A stretch of 64,000 nucleotides of DNA from an uncultured Aminicenantes bacterium. GTDB lineage: Bacteria; Acidobacteriota; Aminicenantia; UBA2199. Shown here one piece after another: positions 37,448 to 48,461 of this stretch. Made by a program: the position numbers and the translations under genes. Under the pieces are notes generated by a model that saw only the letters and a program-made list of their open reading frames with translations, had not been told where the DNA came from and searched no databases. Every line of letters starts with the position of its first letter. Within the stretch, counting starts at the first letter, position 1. Location of the stretch: contig CBDAFS010000041.1 of assembly GCA_965195285.1 (NCBI GenBank), positions 24,585 through 88,584 on the forward strand, written 5' to 3'.

Positions 37448-39796
37448 ATGAAAAAAAGTGCATCCCGAAATAGGGGCCTCGACAAGTATTGGTTTTGTTT
37501 AATATCGTTACTGATGATTTTGAGTCTTGAACTTGTCCCTCAGACCAGAAGGGCGCTGTTGGTCGGTATTGATATTTATCGGCCCAATCTGACTTCGGTT
37601 CAAGAAAATCAGAAAATGCTCTCCCAACTCAAAGGCCGCGGATCCTGGGACAATCTGAACGGGGCGGTCAATGACATGAAAGCCATGCGGGATATTTTAA
37701 TTGCCCGTTTTGGTTTCAAACCGGGTTTCATCCGGGTTTTGCAAAATGAGTCGGCTACCCGGGAAAATATCATTTCAACCTTCAAAACCCATCTGATCGA
37801 TTCAGCCTCACCCGGTGATATCTGCCTGTTTTTCTATGCGGGTCACGGTTCCCAGGTTGCCAATTCCTCAACCAGAGAGGAGGATGGCCTGGATGAAAGT
37901 CTGGTACCCTCCGATTCGTATCGGGGAGCAAGGGATATCAGGGATAAGGAATTGTGGAAACTATACAATGCGGTTCAGGAAAAAGGGGCATGTCTGACCG
38001 CTATCGTTGATTCCTGTCACAGCGGATCCATATCCAGAGGACTGAAAATTCAGGTTAAATACCGATATCTATCTCCGGATTTACGGGATGCTGCCGATTC
38101 CACCTGGTTTGAACAGACTCCTGCCGAAAAAGGCGCACTCATCATTTCAGCTGCCCAGGATTTTGAACAGGCATCTGAAATTATCGATGAAGACAATCAC
38201 AAACACGGTCTTTTTACATGGGCTTTGCTGAAAACATTGAGAAGCGTTTCAGTTAGTGAACCTGCCAATCGCATTCTCCTCAGGGTAAAAGCCTTAATGC
38301 GGGCCCAGGGTAAAATCCAGGAACCCAATATTGAAGCCACTCCGGAGCGAAAAAAAGCCCCGCTGTTTGGGATTCGGTCCGGGGAAATTTCAGGACAGAC
38401 TATCATTGCGGTTCAAAAGGTATTCAAAGATAAAAACCGGGTCTCGTTTCTGGGAGGGATGGCCGCGGGTATCAGAAAAGGTTGCGAGTTGAAGCGTTTC
38501 AAAAATCCAAAGGCTGCCCGGGTTCGAATTACCGAGGTCAGGGGATTAAGTCTTAGTTTCGGAGATGTCATCCAGGGAGATATCAACCGGATCGCCTCCG
38601 GGGATCTCTTTGAAATTGACAGATGGGTGATTGCCAACGAATTAAGATTGCGATTGTATATACCAAAGACCGGCTCCGGGTATTCTGCCTTAAAACGGCT
38701 GGCTCAGCAGGTATATCAGGCGATCAGAGCCAAAGGGATAGTCTGGGTAAGCGATCCCACAGCTGAATCGCCGTCCCATATCATGTTCTGGGAGAATCAG
38801 GTCTGGAAACTTAAACTGGACGGGGCCGGAACTAAAAACCTGGGTGTCAATCCCCTTGGCAAATTACTTAAAATCATATCGGTCCCCAAACCAACCGAAA
38901 TCCGTTTTTTCCTCAGCTTGCCGCCTCCGATTGATCTGTATAATCGGATGGTATCTGAAATTGATGGGGATAACTCCCTGTTAAAATCCGTTGATTCTGC
39001 CCCAAGTGCCCACTACATCCTGACCGGGCAGTACCGGGATGGGCTCATCGGCTATGCCCTGTTGCTCCCCAATGTGTCCGGAGATCAGTCAGAGTATCTT
39101 CCCCTGCCCACGCGGACGGATTGGGTGGAGCTGGAAGGTTCTCAGGGGAATCTGGCCGGGGTTGTGGGAAAACTGAAGCATTACACCGGGCAGATCATGA
39201 AGATAAAAGCCTGGCTGGAAATTGATTCTCCTCCGGATGAATCCAGGTTTCCCTACCATCTGGCCCTGAAGAATACCCGAACCGGAAGATTAAAAACCGA
39301 AGGAATTGCCTATCAGGGTGAAATCTACGGCCTGGTTTTAAAAACCGATAACACCGAAATTTGCCCCAATTTTGATTTTCATTATGTCTATGTATTCTCG
39401 ATTGACAAATTTGGCAGGATCAACCTACTGTTCCCCAACCGGCTTTTGGGAGGCATCGAAAACAAGCTGCCGGCAAAATTTACCGATAGGGGCAAATTGC
39501 CCGCTGAGATTCAGCTCGGCAACCGGGAGATCTTCAGCATCAGCGGAGACGCATTTGGAATTAATACTTTCATTCTTTTAACCTGCCTGAAGCCCATTCC
39601 GGATCCTGAAGTCCTCCATTCGGAGGGTGTCAGAACACGTGGAATGGGGAAAGGTCGAAAGGTCGGAGAACCGATGAATCCCTTGCGGAAATTGCTCAAT
39701 TTTATGACAGCTCCCAAAAGGGGAATATCTATCATTTCGCCCGGCAACTGGTCTATTGAACGCATTTCTATTTTGAGCAATCCGAAGCAGAAATAG
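37448..39796 (+). CDS. caspase-like (peptidase C14, metacaspase-type) multidomain protein
   Basis: RALLVGID, FYAGHGSQ, DESLVPSD, VDSCHSGS and HGLFT motifs; C-terminal DUF4384-like segment. Confidence 0.88.
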   Translation: MKKSASRNRGLDKYWFCLISLLMILSLELVPQTRRALLVGIDIYRPNLTSVQENQKMLSQLKGRGSWDNLNGAVNDMKAMRDILIARFGFKPGFIRVLQNESATRENIISTFKTHLIDSASPGDICLFFYAGHGSQVANSSTREEDGLDESLVPSDSYRGARDIRDKELWKLYNAVQEKGACLTAIVDSCHSGSISRGLKIQVKYRYLSPDLRDAADSTWFEQTPAEKGALIISAAQDFEQASEIIDEDNHKHGLFTWALLKTLRSVSVSEPANRILLRVKALMRAQGKIQEPNIEATPERKKAPLFGIRSGEISGQTIIAVQKVFKDKNRVSFLGGMAAGIRKGCELKRFKNPKAARVRITEVRGLSLSFGDVIQGDINRIASGDLFEIDRWVIANELRLRLYIPKTGSGYSALKRLAQQVYQAIRAKGIVWVSDPTAESPSHIMFWENQVWKLKLDGAGTKNLGVNPLGKLLKIISVPKPTEIRFFLSLPPPIDLYNRMVSEIDGDNSLLKSVDSAPSAHYILTGQYRDGLIGYALLLPNVSGDQSEYLPLPTRTDWVELEGSQGNLAGVVGKLKHYTGQIMKIKAWLEIDSPPDESRFPYHLALKNTRTGRLKTEGIAYQGEIYGLVLKTDNTEICPNFDFHYVYVFSIDKFGRINLLFPNRLLGGIENKLPAKFTDRGKLPAEIQLGNREIFSISGDAFGINTFILLTCLKPIPDPEVLHSEGVRTRGMGKGRKVGEPMNPLRKLLNFMTAPKRGISIISPGNWSIERISILSNPKQK

Positions 39797-39883
39797 CGGC
39801 GATTCTGAGGGGTTGTTTTGCCTGAGTGAATTTTTCAGAAGATAATTTTTGAAATGATGACCGGTTTGTAATATAATTCAGTC

Positions 39884-40639
39884 ATGCTGCTGACCATTGA
39901 TACCGGTAATACATGTGTGGGTATTGCCCTGTTTTCCGGGGACCGGATTGTTTTTAAAAACAAGCTCATTACCCCGGACCGGATCACAGTTCGTTTTTTG
40001 AAAAATCTGGTTGGAGAGGCCCACCTGGATAAAATAAGTTCAATCATCATTTCGTCTGTGGTTCCCTATATAGATCAATCGCTTTCTACTGCTATAGAGA
40101 GTCTATTCGGAAAAAAGGCCATGTTTATTGATCATCGTACCCGAACCGGTATCACCATCAAGGTGGACACACCTCAGGAACTCGGGGCCGACCGGATTGC
40201 CGATAGCGTTGGTGGGATTCACTTCTCCAAACCACCCCTGATCGTCATTGATTCAGGGACTGCCACCACCTTCGACATTATCAGTGAGAATTATGAATAT
40301 ATCGGCGGGTGCATTTTTCCGGGTATAGAATTATCCATCAAAAGCCTGGCCAGTAATACGGCAAAATTAGACCGTATTGCCTTTACCATACCGGATTCTA
40401 TTCTGGGGACCAGTACCGAAGGCAATATCCGTTCAGGTATTTATTACAGCTGTGTCGGTGGCCTGGAGTTCATGATCAATGAGTATAAGAAAATTATTGG
40501 TCCGGGGGCCACGGTTATTGCCACCGGAGGGGTAAGTTTTTATTTCCTGAATAAAATAAAAAATATAGATCTCTACGAACCCAATTTGATTTATTATGGC
40601 TTGAAATTAATTCATGAAAATCAAGGCCTGAAAAAGTGA
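39884..40639 (+). CDS. coaX: type III pantothenate kinase
   Basis: IDTGNT, LGADR, IDSGTATTFD and IATGG motifs. Confidence 0.95.
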   Translation: MLLTIDTGNTCVGIALFSGDRIVFKNKLITPDRITVRFLKNLVGEAHLDKISSIIISSVVPYIDQSLSTAIESLFGKKAMFIDHRTRTGITIKVDTPQELGADRIADSVGGIHFSKPPLIVIDSGTATTFDIISENYEYIGGCIFPGIELSIKSLASNTAKLDRIAFTIPDSILGTSTEGNIRSGIYYSCVGGLEFMINEYKKIIGPGATVIATGGVSFYFLNKIKNIDLYEPNLIYYGLKLIHENQGLKK

Positions 40640-41253
40640 TCAATGAAAGGTCCGGGAAAATAAATATCCCGAAAGACAGCACGGCAGATTATGACTATAT
40701 TATCCGAATCATTCAATATCTCGATTATCACTTCGATATTCATTTTATTATCACCACCAGGGATTTTGACATCCTTTTTCGCTGGTGGGAGAAACAGATT
40801 CCTTTAGAGGTTATTACCGATTCCATTCGCAATGTGGTTCTTCGTTGGCAGGTCAAAAAAAAAAGTATCAATGGTTTTTCCAATTTTTCTTATGAGGTCA
40901 AAAAAAATTTCAGGCTGTTTATGGAGTTAAACGTTGGAGATAGCCAGAGAACTGAGAAGAACGAATTATTTGATATACAGCAATTCCTGAAAAAATTTCC
41001 CCGGGAATTGTCCGGATTGAAATCTGACTTTGAAGGAATTTATCAGAGATTGGTAAGTAAAAAATCAATTGACCTGAATCCGATTCATGAAAAATTGCTG
41101 GCACTATTCGAATCGGACCCGGACTTGAAGCTCAAGACCCGTTTTTTCATGAACAATCTTGCCAAGGGTTTGCGGAAACCTGAAATTGAAAAGACCTATC
41201 GAATCAATTATTTATACCACAAGTATGGCATACCGAATGTTGAAGTCTATTGA
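40636..41253 (+). CDS. hypothetical protein
   Basis: 205-aa ORF overlapping the coaX stop. Confidence 0.65.
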   Translation: MINERSGKINIPKDSTADYDYIIRIIQYLDYHFDIHFIITTRDFDILFRWWEKQIPLEVITDSIRNVVLRWQVKKKSINGFSNFSYEVKKNFRLFMELNVGDSQRTEKNELFDIQQFLKKFPRELSGLKSDFEGIYQRLVSKKSIDLNPIHEKLLALFESDPDLKLKTRFFMNNLAKGLRKPEIEKTYRINYLYHKYGIPNVEVY

Positions 41254-41314
41254 CCATGAAGATTGAACCCAGAATGACACAGATCAGTTTCGGGGATCGT
41301 GATCGGGAAAACAG

Positions 41315-42091
41315 ATGAGTAAGGATAAGGCGAGATTGGATCTTGAGCTGGTCAAAAGAGAAATGGCCCCATCCAAGGAAAAGGCCCGGGCTCTGGTCAT
41401 GGCCGGTGAGGTGGCAGTGGATGGCCAGATTGTGATGAAATCGGATAAACAAGTTTCCCGGGAATCCAAAATAGAAATAAAACAGCGCTATCCCTTTGTT
41501 TCACGGGCCGCATTTAAAATACAGAAGGCAATTGAGATCTTTGATATCGAGCCCAGAGGCATGAAAATAGTAGACATCGGCATTTCTACCGGCGGTTTCA
41601 GCGACTTACTCTTAAAACGGGGAGCGGATTCGATCATCGGTATCGATGTCAATATTGAGCAGGTGGATTATAAACTGAGACAGAACAGCCGCTTGAAATT
41701 GTTGAAGAAGAATGCCCGCTATTTAAGCCGGTCAGATATTCAGGCGGATCCGGATTTGATCACCATAGATGTTTCATTTATCTCTCTCACTAAAATAATA
41801 CCGGCTTTGAAGGTTTTCAAACAGTCCCGTATCCTGGCCCTGGTGAAACCACAATTTGAAGTTGAAAAAACAGAAGTCAGCAAGGGAGGAGTGATTAAAA
41901 ACCGGACGGCCATTGTCAGGGCCATTCTCAAGGTTAAAAGTATAATCGAACAAACCGGTTTTGCTGTTAAGGGATTTACTCCGGCAGGGCTTAAAGGAAA
42001 AAAAGGAAACCAGGAGTATTTTTTTCTTCTGGTGTATGGAAATAAAAATACTATTAGTGATACAATAATAGACGATGAAATTGAAATTTAA
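41315..42091 (+). CDS. tlyA: TlyA family RNA methyltransferase
   Basis: S4 domain RLD...; DIGISTGGF, DVSFISL and LVKPQFE motifs. Confidence 0.93.
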   Translation: MSKDKARLDLELVKREMAPSKEKARALVMAGEVAVDGQIVMKSDKQVSRESKIEIKQRYPFVSRAAFKIQKAIEIFDIEPRGMKIVDIGISTGGFSDLLLKRGADSIIGIDVNIEQVDYKLRQNSRLKLLKKNARYLSRSDIQADPDLITIDVSFISLTKIIPALKVFKQSRILALVKPQFEVEKTEVSKGGVIKNRTAIVRAILKVKSIIEQTGFAVKGFTPAGLKGKKGNQEYFFLLVYGNKNTISDTIIDDEIEI

Positions 42092-42920
42092 AAAGGTGGG
42101 CCTGGTGGTCAAACCCCATCCCGACGTGGTTCCGTACCTGAAAAAAACCACTGATATCTTGAAAGAGATGAAAGTCGAGATTGTCCTGGAGGATATTGCG
42201 GCCAAGCTGATCCATATGAAAAGTGATATCCCCCGTAAGCGAATCGGTGATCAGGTTGACATTATCATTCTGATAGGCGGTGACGGAACCCTGTTATCGG
42301 TGGCCAAGCAGGCAGTTAACAACAATATCCCCATTGCCGGTTTTAATCTGGGCTCACTGGGTTTTTTGACCGAACTGTGCATAGACAACCTAGAAAGCAG
42401 TATTGTGGAAATTTTCACCTCGGAAGCCAAGGTGTCCGAGAGGAAATTGCTGGAACTGAATTTCAAGGATGATGAATATCTTGCCCTGAATGATATCGTG
42501 ACCAGTAAGGGATATATAGCCAGAATTATTAACCTGATGTTGAGTATAAACGGGGATGAAGTGGCTGAAATAAGATCCGATGGGCTCATTATTTCCACGC
42601 CCACCGGTTCAACGGCCTATTCCTTATCCGCCGGCGGGCCGATTGTGGCTCCTGATGTCAACGGGATGGTCATCACACCACAATGTCCTCATTCTTTAAC
42701 CCTGAGACCCTTTGTCATTCCGGATTCCTCTACAATCAGGGTAAAACTGACTTCAGAATCCCAGAAAGTATTTATTACTGTTGATGGACAAACGGCGATT
42801 CCGATTACCACCGGAGATTATTTTGATGTTTGTATTTACAGGAAAAAATTGAAAATCATTGGTTCCAAGGACATGAACTATTTTAGATTGCTTTCGGAAA
42901 AGTTGAAATGGGCCCTGTAA
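42075..42920 (+). CDS. nadK: NAD kinase
   Basis: GGDGT, GSLGFL, ALND and STPTGSTAYSLSAGGP motifs. Confidence 0.95.
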   Translation: MKLKFKKVGLVVKPHPDVVPYLKKTTDILKEMKVEIVLEDIAAKLIHMKSDIPRKRIGDQVDIIILIGGDGTLLSVAKQAVNNNIPIAGFNLGSLGFLTELCIDNLESSIVEIFTSEAKVSERKLLELNFKDDEYLALNDIVTSKGYIARIINLMLSINGDEVAEIRSDGLIISTPTGSTAYSLSAGGPIVAPDVNGMVITPQCPHSLTLRPFVIPDSSTIRVKLTSESQKVFITVDGQTAIPITTGDYFDVCIYRKKLKIIGSKDMNYFRLLSEKLKWAL

Positions 42921-42921
42921 A

Positions 42922-43890
42922 ATGCTTTTAGTCTGGACAAAGTTTGTCATTCTGCTCATACTGATTTTTATTTTCGGAACCCGTGCCACCAAGAGTGCGG
43001 ATATTATCGCTGAAAAAAAGAAACTGTCCCGGGCTTTCATGGGAGTTGTTTTTATATCCATGATCACGTCCTTTCCTGAATTGTTCACCGGTATTTCGGC
43101 GGCGGCAATTGTAAAATCTGCGGATCTGGCAGTGGGGGAGATTATCGGCAGTTGCGTGTTCAACCTGCTTATCATTGCCCTGATTGAAGGTGTTTTCAGA
43201 AAGCAAAAATTGTATATTCATCAAAAAAAGGGTGATATCATGCCCCTGGGCTTCAGCTTCATCATGGTGGGTTTGCTGACCCTGTTCCTGTCCCTGAATT
43301 TCAGTGTCACCATTTTCAATGTGGGAATTTCCTCATTAATGATATTTGTCTTTTATATTGTCTTTCTACGAATTCTGTTTAAAGAGAGAAAAATTTCCAT
43401 TAAAATTGAATTGTATAACAACAAAAGTTTAAAGACGGAAATTATCAATTTTATAATTTCCGCACTGGTTATCATCGGAATCGGGATTTATCTGCCAGTG
43501 ATCGGAAAAGAAATAGCGGTAGTCATGAACTGGAGTGAGTCCTTTGTGGGGGTCATCTTTCTGGCCTTTGTCACTTCATTTCCAGAACTGGTGGTTTCAA
43601 TCTCCAGTGCCAGAATTGGAGCCTTTGACATGTTTCTGGGAAATATTGCCGGCAGTAACCTGTTTAACATCGCCATTATTTTTCTGATTGATATTTTCTA
43701 CCTGAAAGGGGATGTTTTAGTCGATTCATCACCTGTCAATATGACCTGTGGCATTATTGTCATGATGATGAATTTCATTGTTATCTTTGCCCTGGTCAGA
43801 AAATCATCCTACAAAGTATTTAATCTGATTTCCATTAATGCGCTGTTACTGGTCGTATTGTATATGTTGAATTTGATTATTTTGATTTAA
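42922..43890 (+). CDS. sodium/calcium exchanger family antiporter
   Basis: duplicated TSFPEL...G..(I/A)GS..FN alpha repeats. Confidence 0.88.
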   Translation: MLLVWTKFVILLILIFIFGTRATKSADIIAEKKKLSRAFMGVVFISMITSFPELFTGISAAAIVKSADLAVGEIIGSCVFNLLIIALIEGVFRKQKLYIHQKKGDIMPLGFSFIMVGLLTLFLSLNFSVTIFNVGISSLMIFVFYIVFLRILFKERKISIKIELYNNKSLKTEIINFIISALVIIGIGIYLPVIGKEIAVVMNWSESFVGVIFLAFVTSFPELVVSISSARIGAFDMFLGNIAGSNLFNIAIIFLIDIFYLKGDVLVDSSPVNMTCGIIVMMMNFIVIFALVRKSSYKVFNLISINALLLVVLYMLNLIILI

Positions 43891-43990
43891 ATTTTCGGAT
43901 TCTTTCCGGAATCAACGGGTAGGGAAATGAAGGGTTCGGTTTTGATATTAAATCCAAAAAATGATAGACTTAGGGTGAGGTGAGGTTAAG

Positions 43991-46261
43991 ATGAAAAAAT
44001 ATATTTTTGTAATTTCATTTTTTCTGCTGGTTTCCTTCCTGGTTGGCCAAGCGGGAGAACTTCATTTTAATAGAGGGATTACCTATTACCTCCTGGATGA
44101 TATTGCCATGGCCAAGAAGCAGATGGAACTGTATTTTTTAAATAGATCCGAATACCAATTGAGAAACGGTTTCATGCGATTGTTGCAGGGAAAGAGCTGG
44201 GATGCAACCTCAGAATTCAGAGCTTATCTGGGGATTAATCACCGGTCTCAGGTCGCTCTGATTGGGATTGCCCTGTCAACGGTGGAAATGAAAAATACCG
44301 CCACCATTGAAAACCTGGAAAGGGCGATCAGGCTGAATCCTAGACTGCCTTCCCCTTATATATGTCTGGGTTTTGAGTATACAAAGAAAAAAAATTATCC
44401 CCGGGCTGAGTTTTATTTCAACCGGGCCCTGAAGTTTTCCCATGTTCCGGAATTCAAGATTCTTCTGGCAAAATTGTATTTGATGACTTCCCGGCCTAAA
44501 CTGGCCCTGAACCTTATGAAACCGGAAGCGGATAAAAAAGCGAGTAACTTCTATTTTAATTTTTTTACGGCTCAGGCCTATTATAATTTGAACAACCTGG
44601 AATCAATCGGTCAATATATTGAATTGGCCCTGGAGAACAAACCCCAGAGTTCCGAGGCCAAACTGTTGAAGGCAAAATATCTCATGGCCAGGGGAAATTA
44701 CAAAGATGCCAAAGCCATATTAATTAATTTGAAATTCGACCACTACAACGATGATTATACCAAGACCCTGGCCAGAGTTCTTTTGGAGTTGAAGGACCGC
44801 CGTGCATTGAATCAGCTTTATAAATATTTTTCAAAAAACAAGTGGGACAGGGATATCAACCGGTTAATGGGACAATATTTTTTAAAATTTCAGGACAAGT
44901 TCAATGTCCAGAACTGGATATACCGTTCCATATTGAGCGGAAACGATACAGAAGGATTGAAACAGTTGTTCCCAGACAAATATCAATTTCCCGAATACCC
45001 CAACTTTTCTTTTTTTGAGGTGAAAAGAATTAAATGGATATCGGACACGCTATTGTTGGCTGTAGCCATTATGAGGAGCGGTGATCCGGAAAAAATTTAT
45101 ATCATCGATATTGAAAAAATGAAGGTTTCGAATACCATGAAATATCAGGGAGTCATCCAGGAGATTTTCACATCAACGGATTTAAGCAGAATTGTTTTTT
45201 CTACTGTCGCAGCTGAAAATGAGCGGATCTATCTATACACCATTGAAAAAATAGGCTCACGTTTTGTTTTCAAGGCAGCTTACCGCCGCTCAATTAATAT
45301 ACCATCCGCACTGGTGGGATTCAATCAGGATGGCACACTTGCCTATATCACAGATGCCCAAATAGCGTCGCTGGCATTTGAATCCCCTTTCTCTAATGTA
45401 TCTCTCTACGATCAAAAGCGGCTCATATATCCAGTTTTTCCCTTTCGTATATATCGTTACAATTTTAAGACCAGCCGGTTTTCCCAGATTCAGAATACCA
45501 ATCAGGTTGAAGTTTTGGAAAATATTCCAATCCGGGAGATCCAAAGATATGCCTTTGTCAGCCGTGCCTTTCAGGCAAATTCCCAGATCAATAAACTCAT
45601 CCAAAGAGGCCAAAAATTGGATCTGACCTCTTCCCAGGTGATCAAAATTCATTTCAGTGACGATCCATCTGCTTTCATTATTTACCTTTCAGATTTGAAT
45701 AATGCTTTCCAGGCCTTGATATATGATGATCGGAATAACCGGGTAACCCGGGTTGATGCAACCATGTTCCTGGGTAAGGAAAGGTATGCTGAAGTGGAAA
45801 TATTGGCTTTTCATCCGCAGAAAAATGAAATTCTGATCAAAACAAAAGATAAGCAGAAAAACCTGATTGAGTTCAATTATCATTCCTACCTATATAGTGA
45901 TCTGACCAAGAATGTGAATGATTTCTGCTTCAATACCCAGCTGAATTTAACGGTGGCATTGACCGAGAGAAGCAACAACATCCATTATTCGGATACTTAT
46001 CTGGAGTTGATTTTTCGCAACCCATTTGTGAGGGAAATAATAACGACCCGACGGGATTTAAATAGAGTGACCTGTTGTAAAGATTCAAATCGGATTTGTT
46101 TCACTTCCTATAACGGGGAACGGGTTTACATGGATGATCAATACCGATTTCATTATAGAGGTGTTTCACTGGAAGATGCCCCGCACGATATATCCCCGAC
46201 TGCCCTGAAAGCGGCTGTTTTTGTAAACGGTCGGTTGTTTATTATGGATTGGACCCGGTAA
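43991..46261 (+). CDS. exported TPR-containing protein
   Basis: signal peptide; TPR-like LERAIRLNP and ALENKP segments; beta-rich C-terminus. Confidence 0.7.
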   Translation: MKKYIFVISFFLLVSFLVGQAGELHFNRGITYYLLDDIAMAKKQMELYFLNRSEYQLRNGFMRLLQGKSWDATSEFRAYLGINHRSQVALIGIALSTVEMKNTATIENLERAIRLNPRLPSPYICLGFEYTKKKNYPRAEFYFNRALKFSHVPEFKILLAKLYLMTSRPKLALNLMKPEADKKASNFYFNFFTAQAYYNLNNLESIGQYIELALENKPQSSEAKLLKAKYLMARGNYKDAKAILINLKFDHYNDDYTKTLARVLLELKDRRALNQLYKYFSKNKWDRDINRLMGQYFLKFQDKFNVQNWIYRSILSGNDTEGLKQLFPDKYQFPEYPNFSFFEVKRIKWISDTLLLAVAIMRSGDPEKIYIIDIEKMKVSNTMKYQGVIQEIFTSTDLSRIVFSTVAAENERIYLYTIEKIGSRFVFKAAYRRSINIPSALVGFNQDGTLAYITDAQIASLAFESPFSNVSLYDQKRLIYPVFPFRIYRYNFKTSRFSQIQNTNQVEVLENIPIREIQRYAFVSRAFQANSQINKLIQRGQKLDLTSSQVIKIHFSDDPSAFIIYLSDLNNAFQALIYDDRNNRVTRVDATMFLGKERYAEVEILAFHPQKNEILIKTKDKQKNLIEFNYHSYLYSDLTKNVNDFCFNTQLNLTVALTERSNNIHYSDTYLELIFRNPFVREIITTRRDLNRVTCCKDSNRICFTSYNGERVYMDDQYRFHYRGVSLEDAPHDISPTALKAAVFVNGRLFIMDWTR

Positions 46262-46271
46262 ATCTGAAGCC

Positions 46272-46799
46272 GTGGGTGTTGAGAGGGAGTTTAACAAAGT
46301 AAAACTTTTCACCGGGATTATTTTTAAAGACAGGATCCAGTTGAACAAAGTAATAGAGATATTTTCCGATCGGTTTTCTGCGGTAGATTCAGAGTCAGAT
46401 ATCATTCCATTTGATATGACCTCCTACTACCATCCGGAGATGGGATCACCGTTGTTCAGGAAATTTATCAGCTTTCAACAACTTATAGATCCCTCCCAAT
46501 TATCGGGTATAAAAATTATTTCAAACCAGTTAGAAGCACAATTTTCTGACCGGGGCAAACGACGTTTTAATATTGATCCGGGTTTTGTATCTGAAGCAAA
46601 CGTGATCCTTGCCACCACCAAGAACCACTATCATCGGGTTCCCCTTCAGGAGGGTGTTTATGCCCATATGGAATACACGATACAAAAAAAGACAGTTGCG
46701 CCGCTGGAATGGACCTATCCTGATTTCAGAAAACCGGAATACATGGATTTTTTTAATCAGTTGATTGTTTTATACAAGCAACAGGTTCAACAGCCATAG
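46272..46799 (+). CDS. DUF4416 family protein
   Basis: TSYYHPEMG, RRFNIDPG, LATTKNHYHR and WTYPDF motifs. Confidence 0.85.
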   Translation: MGVEREFNKVKLFTGIIFKDRIQLNKVIEIFSDRFSAVDSESDIIPFDMTSYYHPEMGSPLFRKFISFQQLIDPSQLSGIKIISNQLEAQFSDRGKRRFNIDPGFVSEANVILATTKNHYHRVPLQEGVYAHMEYTIQKKTVAPLEWTYPDFRKPEYMDFFNQLIVLYKQQVQQP

Positions 46800-46964
46800 G
46801 GACGGTCCATGCTTTCCCGGGCATTGACAAAATTAGAGTGAAATGTTATTTTTCAATTGGCAATGCGATGACTCGTTTATTCAATGGCAATTCATTCCCT
46901 TTATGGATGAGTAGGCTAAATTTGATTTTATCATTTCAGGCATGGATATACCAAGGAGATTAAA

Positions 46965-47516
46965 ATGGAAGAAAAAATAAAAGCAAAAATTATGGATGAA
47001 AAAAAGATGAAGCGAACTTTTTCCAGAATTGCCATGGAAATTCTTGAGCGCAATAGAGAAATCTCCAACCTGGTTTTGATTGGGATTCAGAAAAAAGGAG
47101 TATTTGTGGCCAAACGTATCAGAAAGGAAATCAAGAAAATTGAATCCATTGATTTACCGCTGGGTATACTGGATATCACCCTGTTCCGGGACGACTTGCA
47201 TAAACAAGAAACCCTTCCGGTGGTACAGAAGACTGAAATCAAGTTTTCAATTGAAGACAAGGATATCATTCTGATCGATGATGTCGTCTTTACGGGCCGT
47301 ACCATCCGGGCCGCCATGGACTCACTTTTTGAGCTGGGAAGACCGGCCAGTATTCAGCTGGCCGTGTTTATTGACCGTGGCCATCGTGAACTACCCATAT
47401 GTCCGGATTTCCGGGGTAAAGATCTTCCCACTTCCAGGCGGGAGCGGGTGAATGTGAAGTTGAAGGAGATTGAGAAGGAGGACCTGGTACTCATCATGGA
47501 GCCGGTGAGGTTTTAA
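46965..47516 (+). CDS. pyrR: pyrimidine regulator / uracil phosphoribosyltransferase
   Basis: LDITLFRDD, IDDVVFTGRTIRAA and DRGHRELPI motifs. Confidence 0.96.
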   Translation: MEEKIKAKIMDEKKMKRTFSRIAMEILERNREISNLVLIGIQKKGVFVAKRIRKEIKKIESIDLPLGILDITLFRDDLHKQETLPVVQKTEIKFSIEDKDIILIDDVVFTGRTIRAAMDSLFELGRPASIQLAVFIDRGHRELPICPDFRGKDLPTSRRERVNVKLKEIEKEDLVLIMEPVRF

Positions 47517-48461
47517 ATGAAGGTAAAAACATTCAAGCAGGATCATTTGCTGGGTATTGAGCAATTAAGTGTGGAGGACATCGAATTAATCCTGGAAACA
47601 GCAGAATCATTCGTTGAAATATCCACCCGGGATATTAAAAAAGTACCGGCTTTGAAGGGAAAAACCGTTGTCAATCTCTTCTGTGAAGATTCAACCCGTA
47701 CCCGGAGTTCTTTTGAAATTGCGGCCAAGCGGTTGAGTGCCGATTTGATCAATTTTAGTGCTCCCTCTTCCAGCCTGACAAAAGGTGAATCATTAAAAGA
47801 TACGGTTTTAACCCTGGAAGCCATGAATCCACACATCATCGTGTTGAGGCATTCATCATCCGGTGCAGCCAAATATTTGACCACCTTTGCCCGTTCCTCG
47901 ATCATCAATGCCGGAGATGGATTTCATGAGCATCCTACCCAGGCTCTGCTGGATGCGCTCACCATGAAGCAAAGATTTAAGACCCTGAGAAATCTGAAGA
48001 TCTCCATCGTCGGGGATATGTTGCATTCACGGGTTGCCCGCTCAAATATCCTGCTTCATCATAAACTGGGGAATGATATTTCCCTGATCGGCCCGCCCTC
48101 TCTGGTTCCCGATGAATTTGAAGAAATGGGCACGAAAATTTATTATAACCTAAAAGAGGGAATCAAAGGTTCGGATGTTGTGATGATGTTAAGGGTCCAG
48201 AAGGAGAGGGGAGCACGGAATTATTTCCCCTCGATCAGAGAGTATCGAAAATTCTTTGAGATCAATGAAGAGGTCTTTTCTTATGCCAAGAAGACAGCAA
48301 TTTTAATGCATCCTGGTCCCATGAACAGGGGTGTGGAAATCGAGACCTCTCTGGCCGATTCTGAAAAATCGGTTATTCTCCAGCAGGTCACCAATGGTAT
48401 CGCGGTCAGGATGGCAGTTTTATATTTGTTGAAAGGAGAGATAGATGAAGTTGTTGATTAA
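47517..48461 (+). CDS. pyrB: aspartate carbamoyltransferase
   Basis: STRTRSSF, HPTQALLD, HSRVARS and HPGP motifs. Confidence 0.97.
   Translation: MKVKTFKQDHLLGIEQLSVEDIELILETAESFVEISTRDIKKVPALKGKTVVNLFCEDSTRTRSSFEIAAKRLSADLINFSAPSSSLTKGESLKDTVLTLEAMNPHIIVLRHSSSGAAKYLTTFARSSIINAGDGFHEHPTQALLDALTMKQRFKTLRNLKISIVGDMLHSRVARSNILLHHKLGNDISLIGPPSLVPDEFEEMGTKIYYNLKEGIKGSDVVMMLRVQKERGARNYFPSIREYRKFFEINEEVFSYAKKTAILMHPGPMNRGVEIETSLADSEKSVILQQVTNGIAVRMAVLYLLKGEIDEVVD

Noticed and set aside
41774-43224. Antisense ORFs over tlyA, nadK and the antiporter, and similar nested ORFs across the window
   Set aside because: They overlap well-supported genes and have no motifs or RBS.
46800-46964. PyrR attenuator
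   Set aside because: No recognisable AGUCCAGAGAGG-type binding loop or terminator; only a possible TTGACA promoter.
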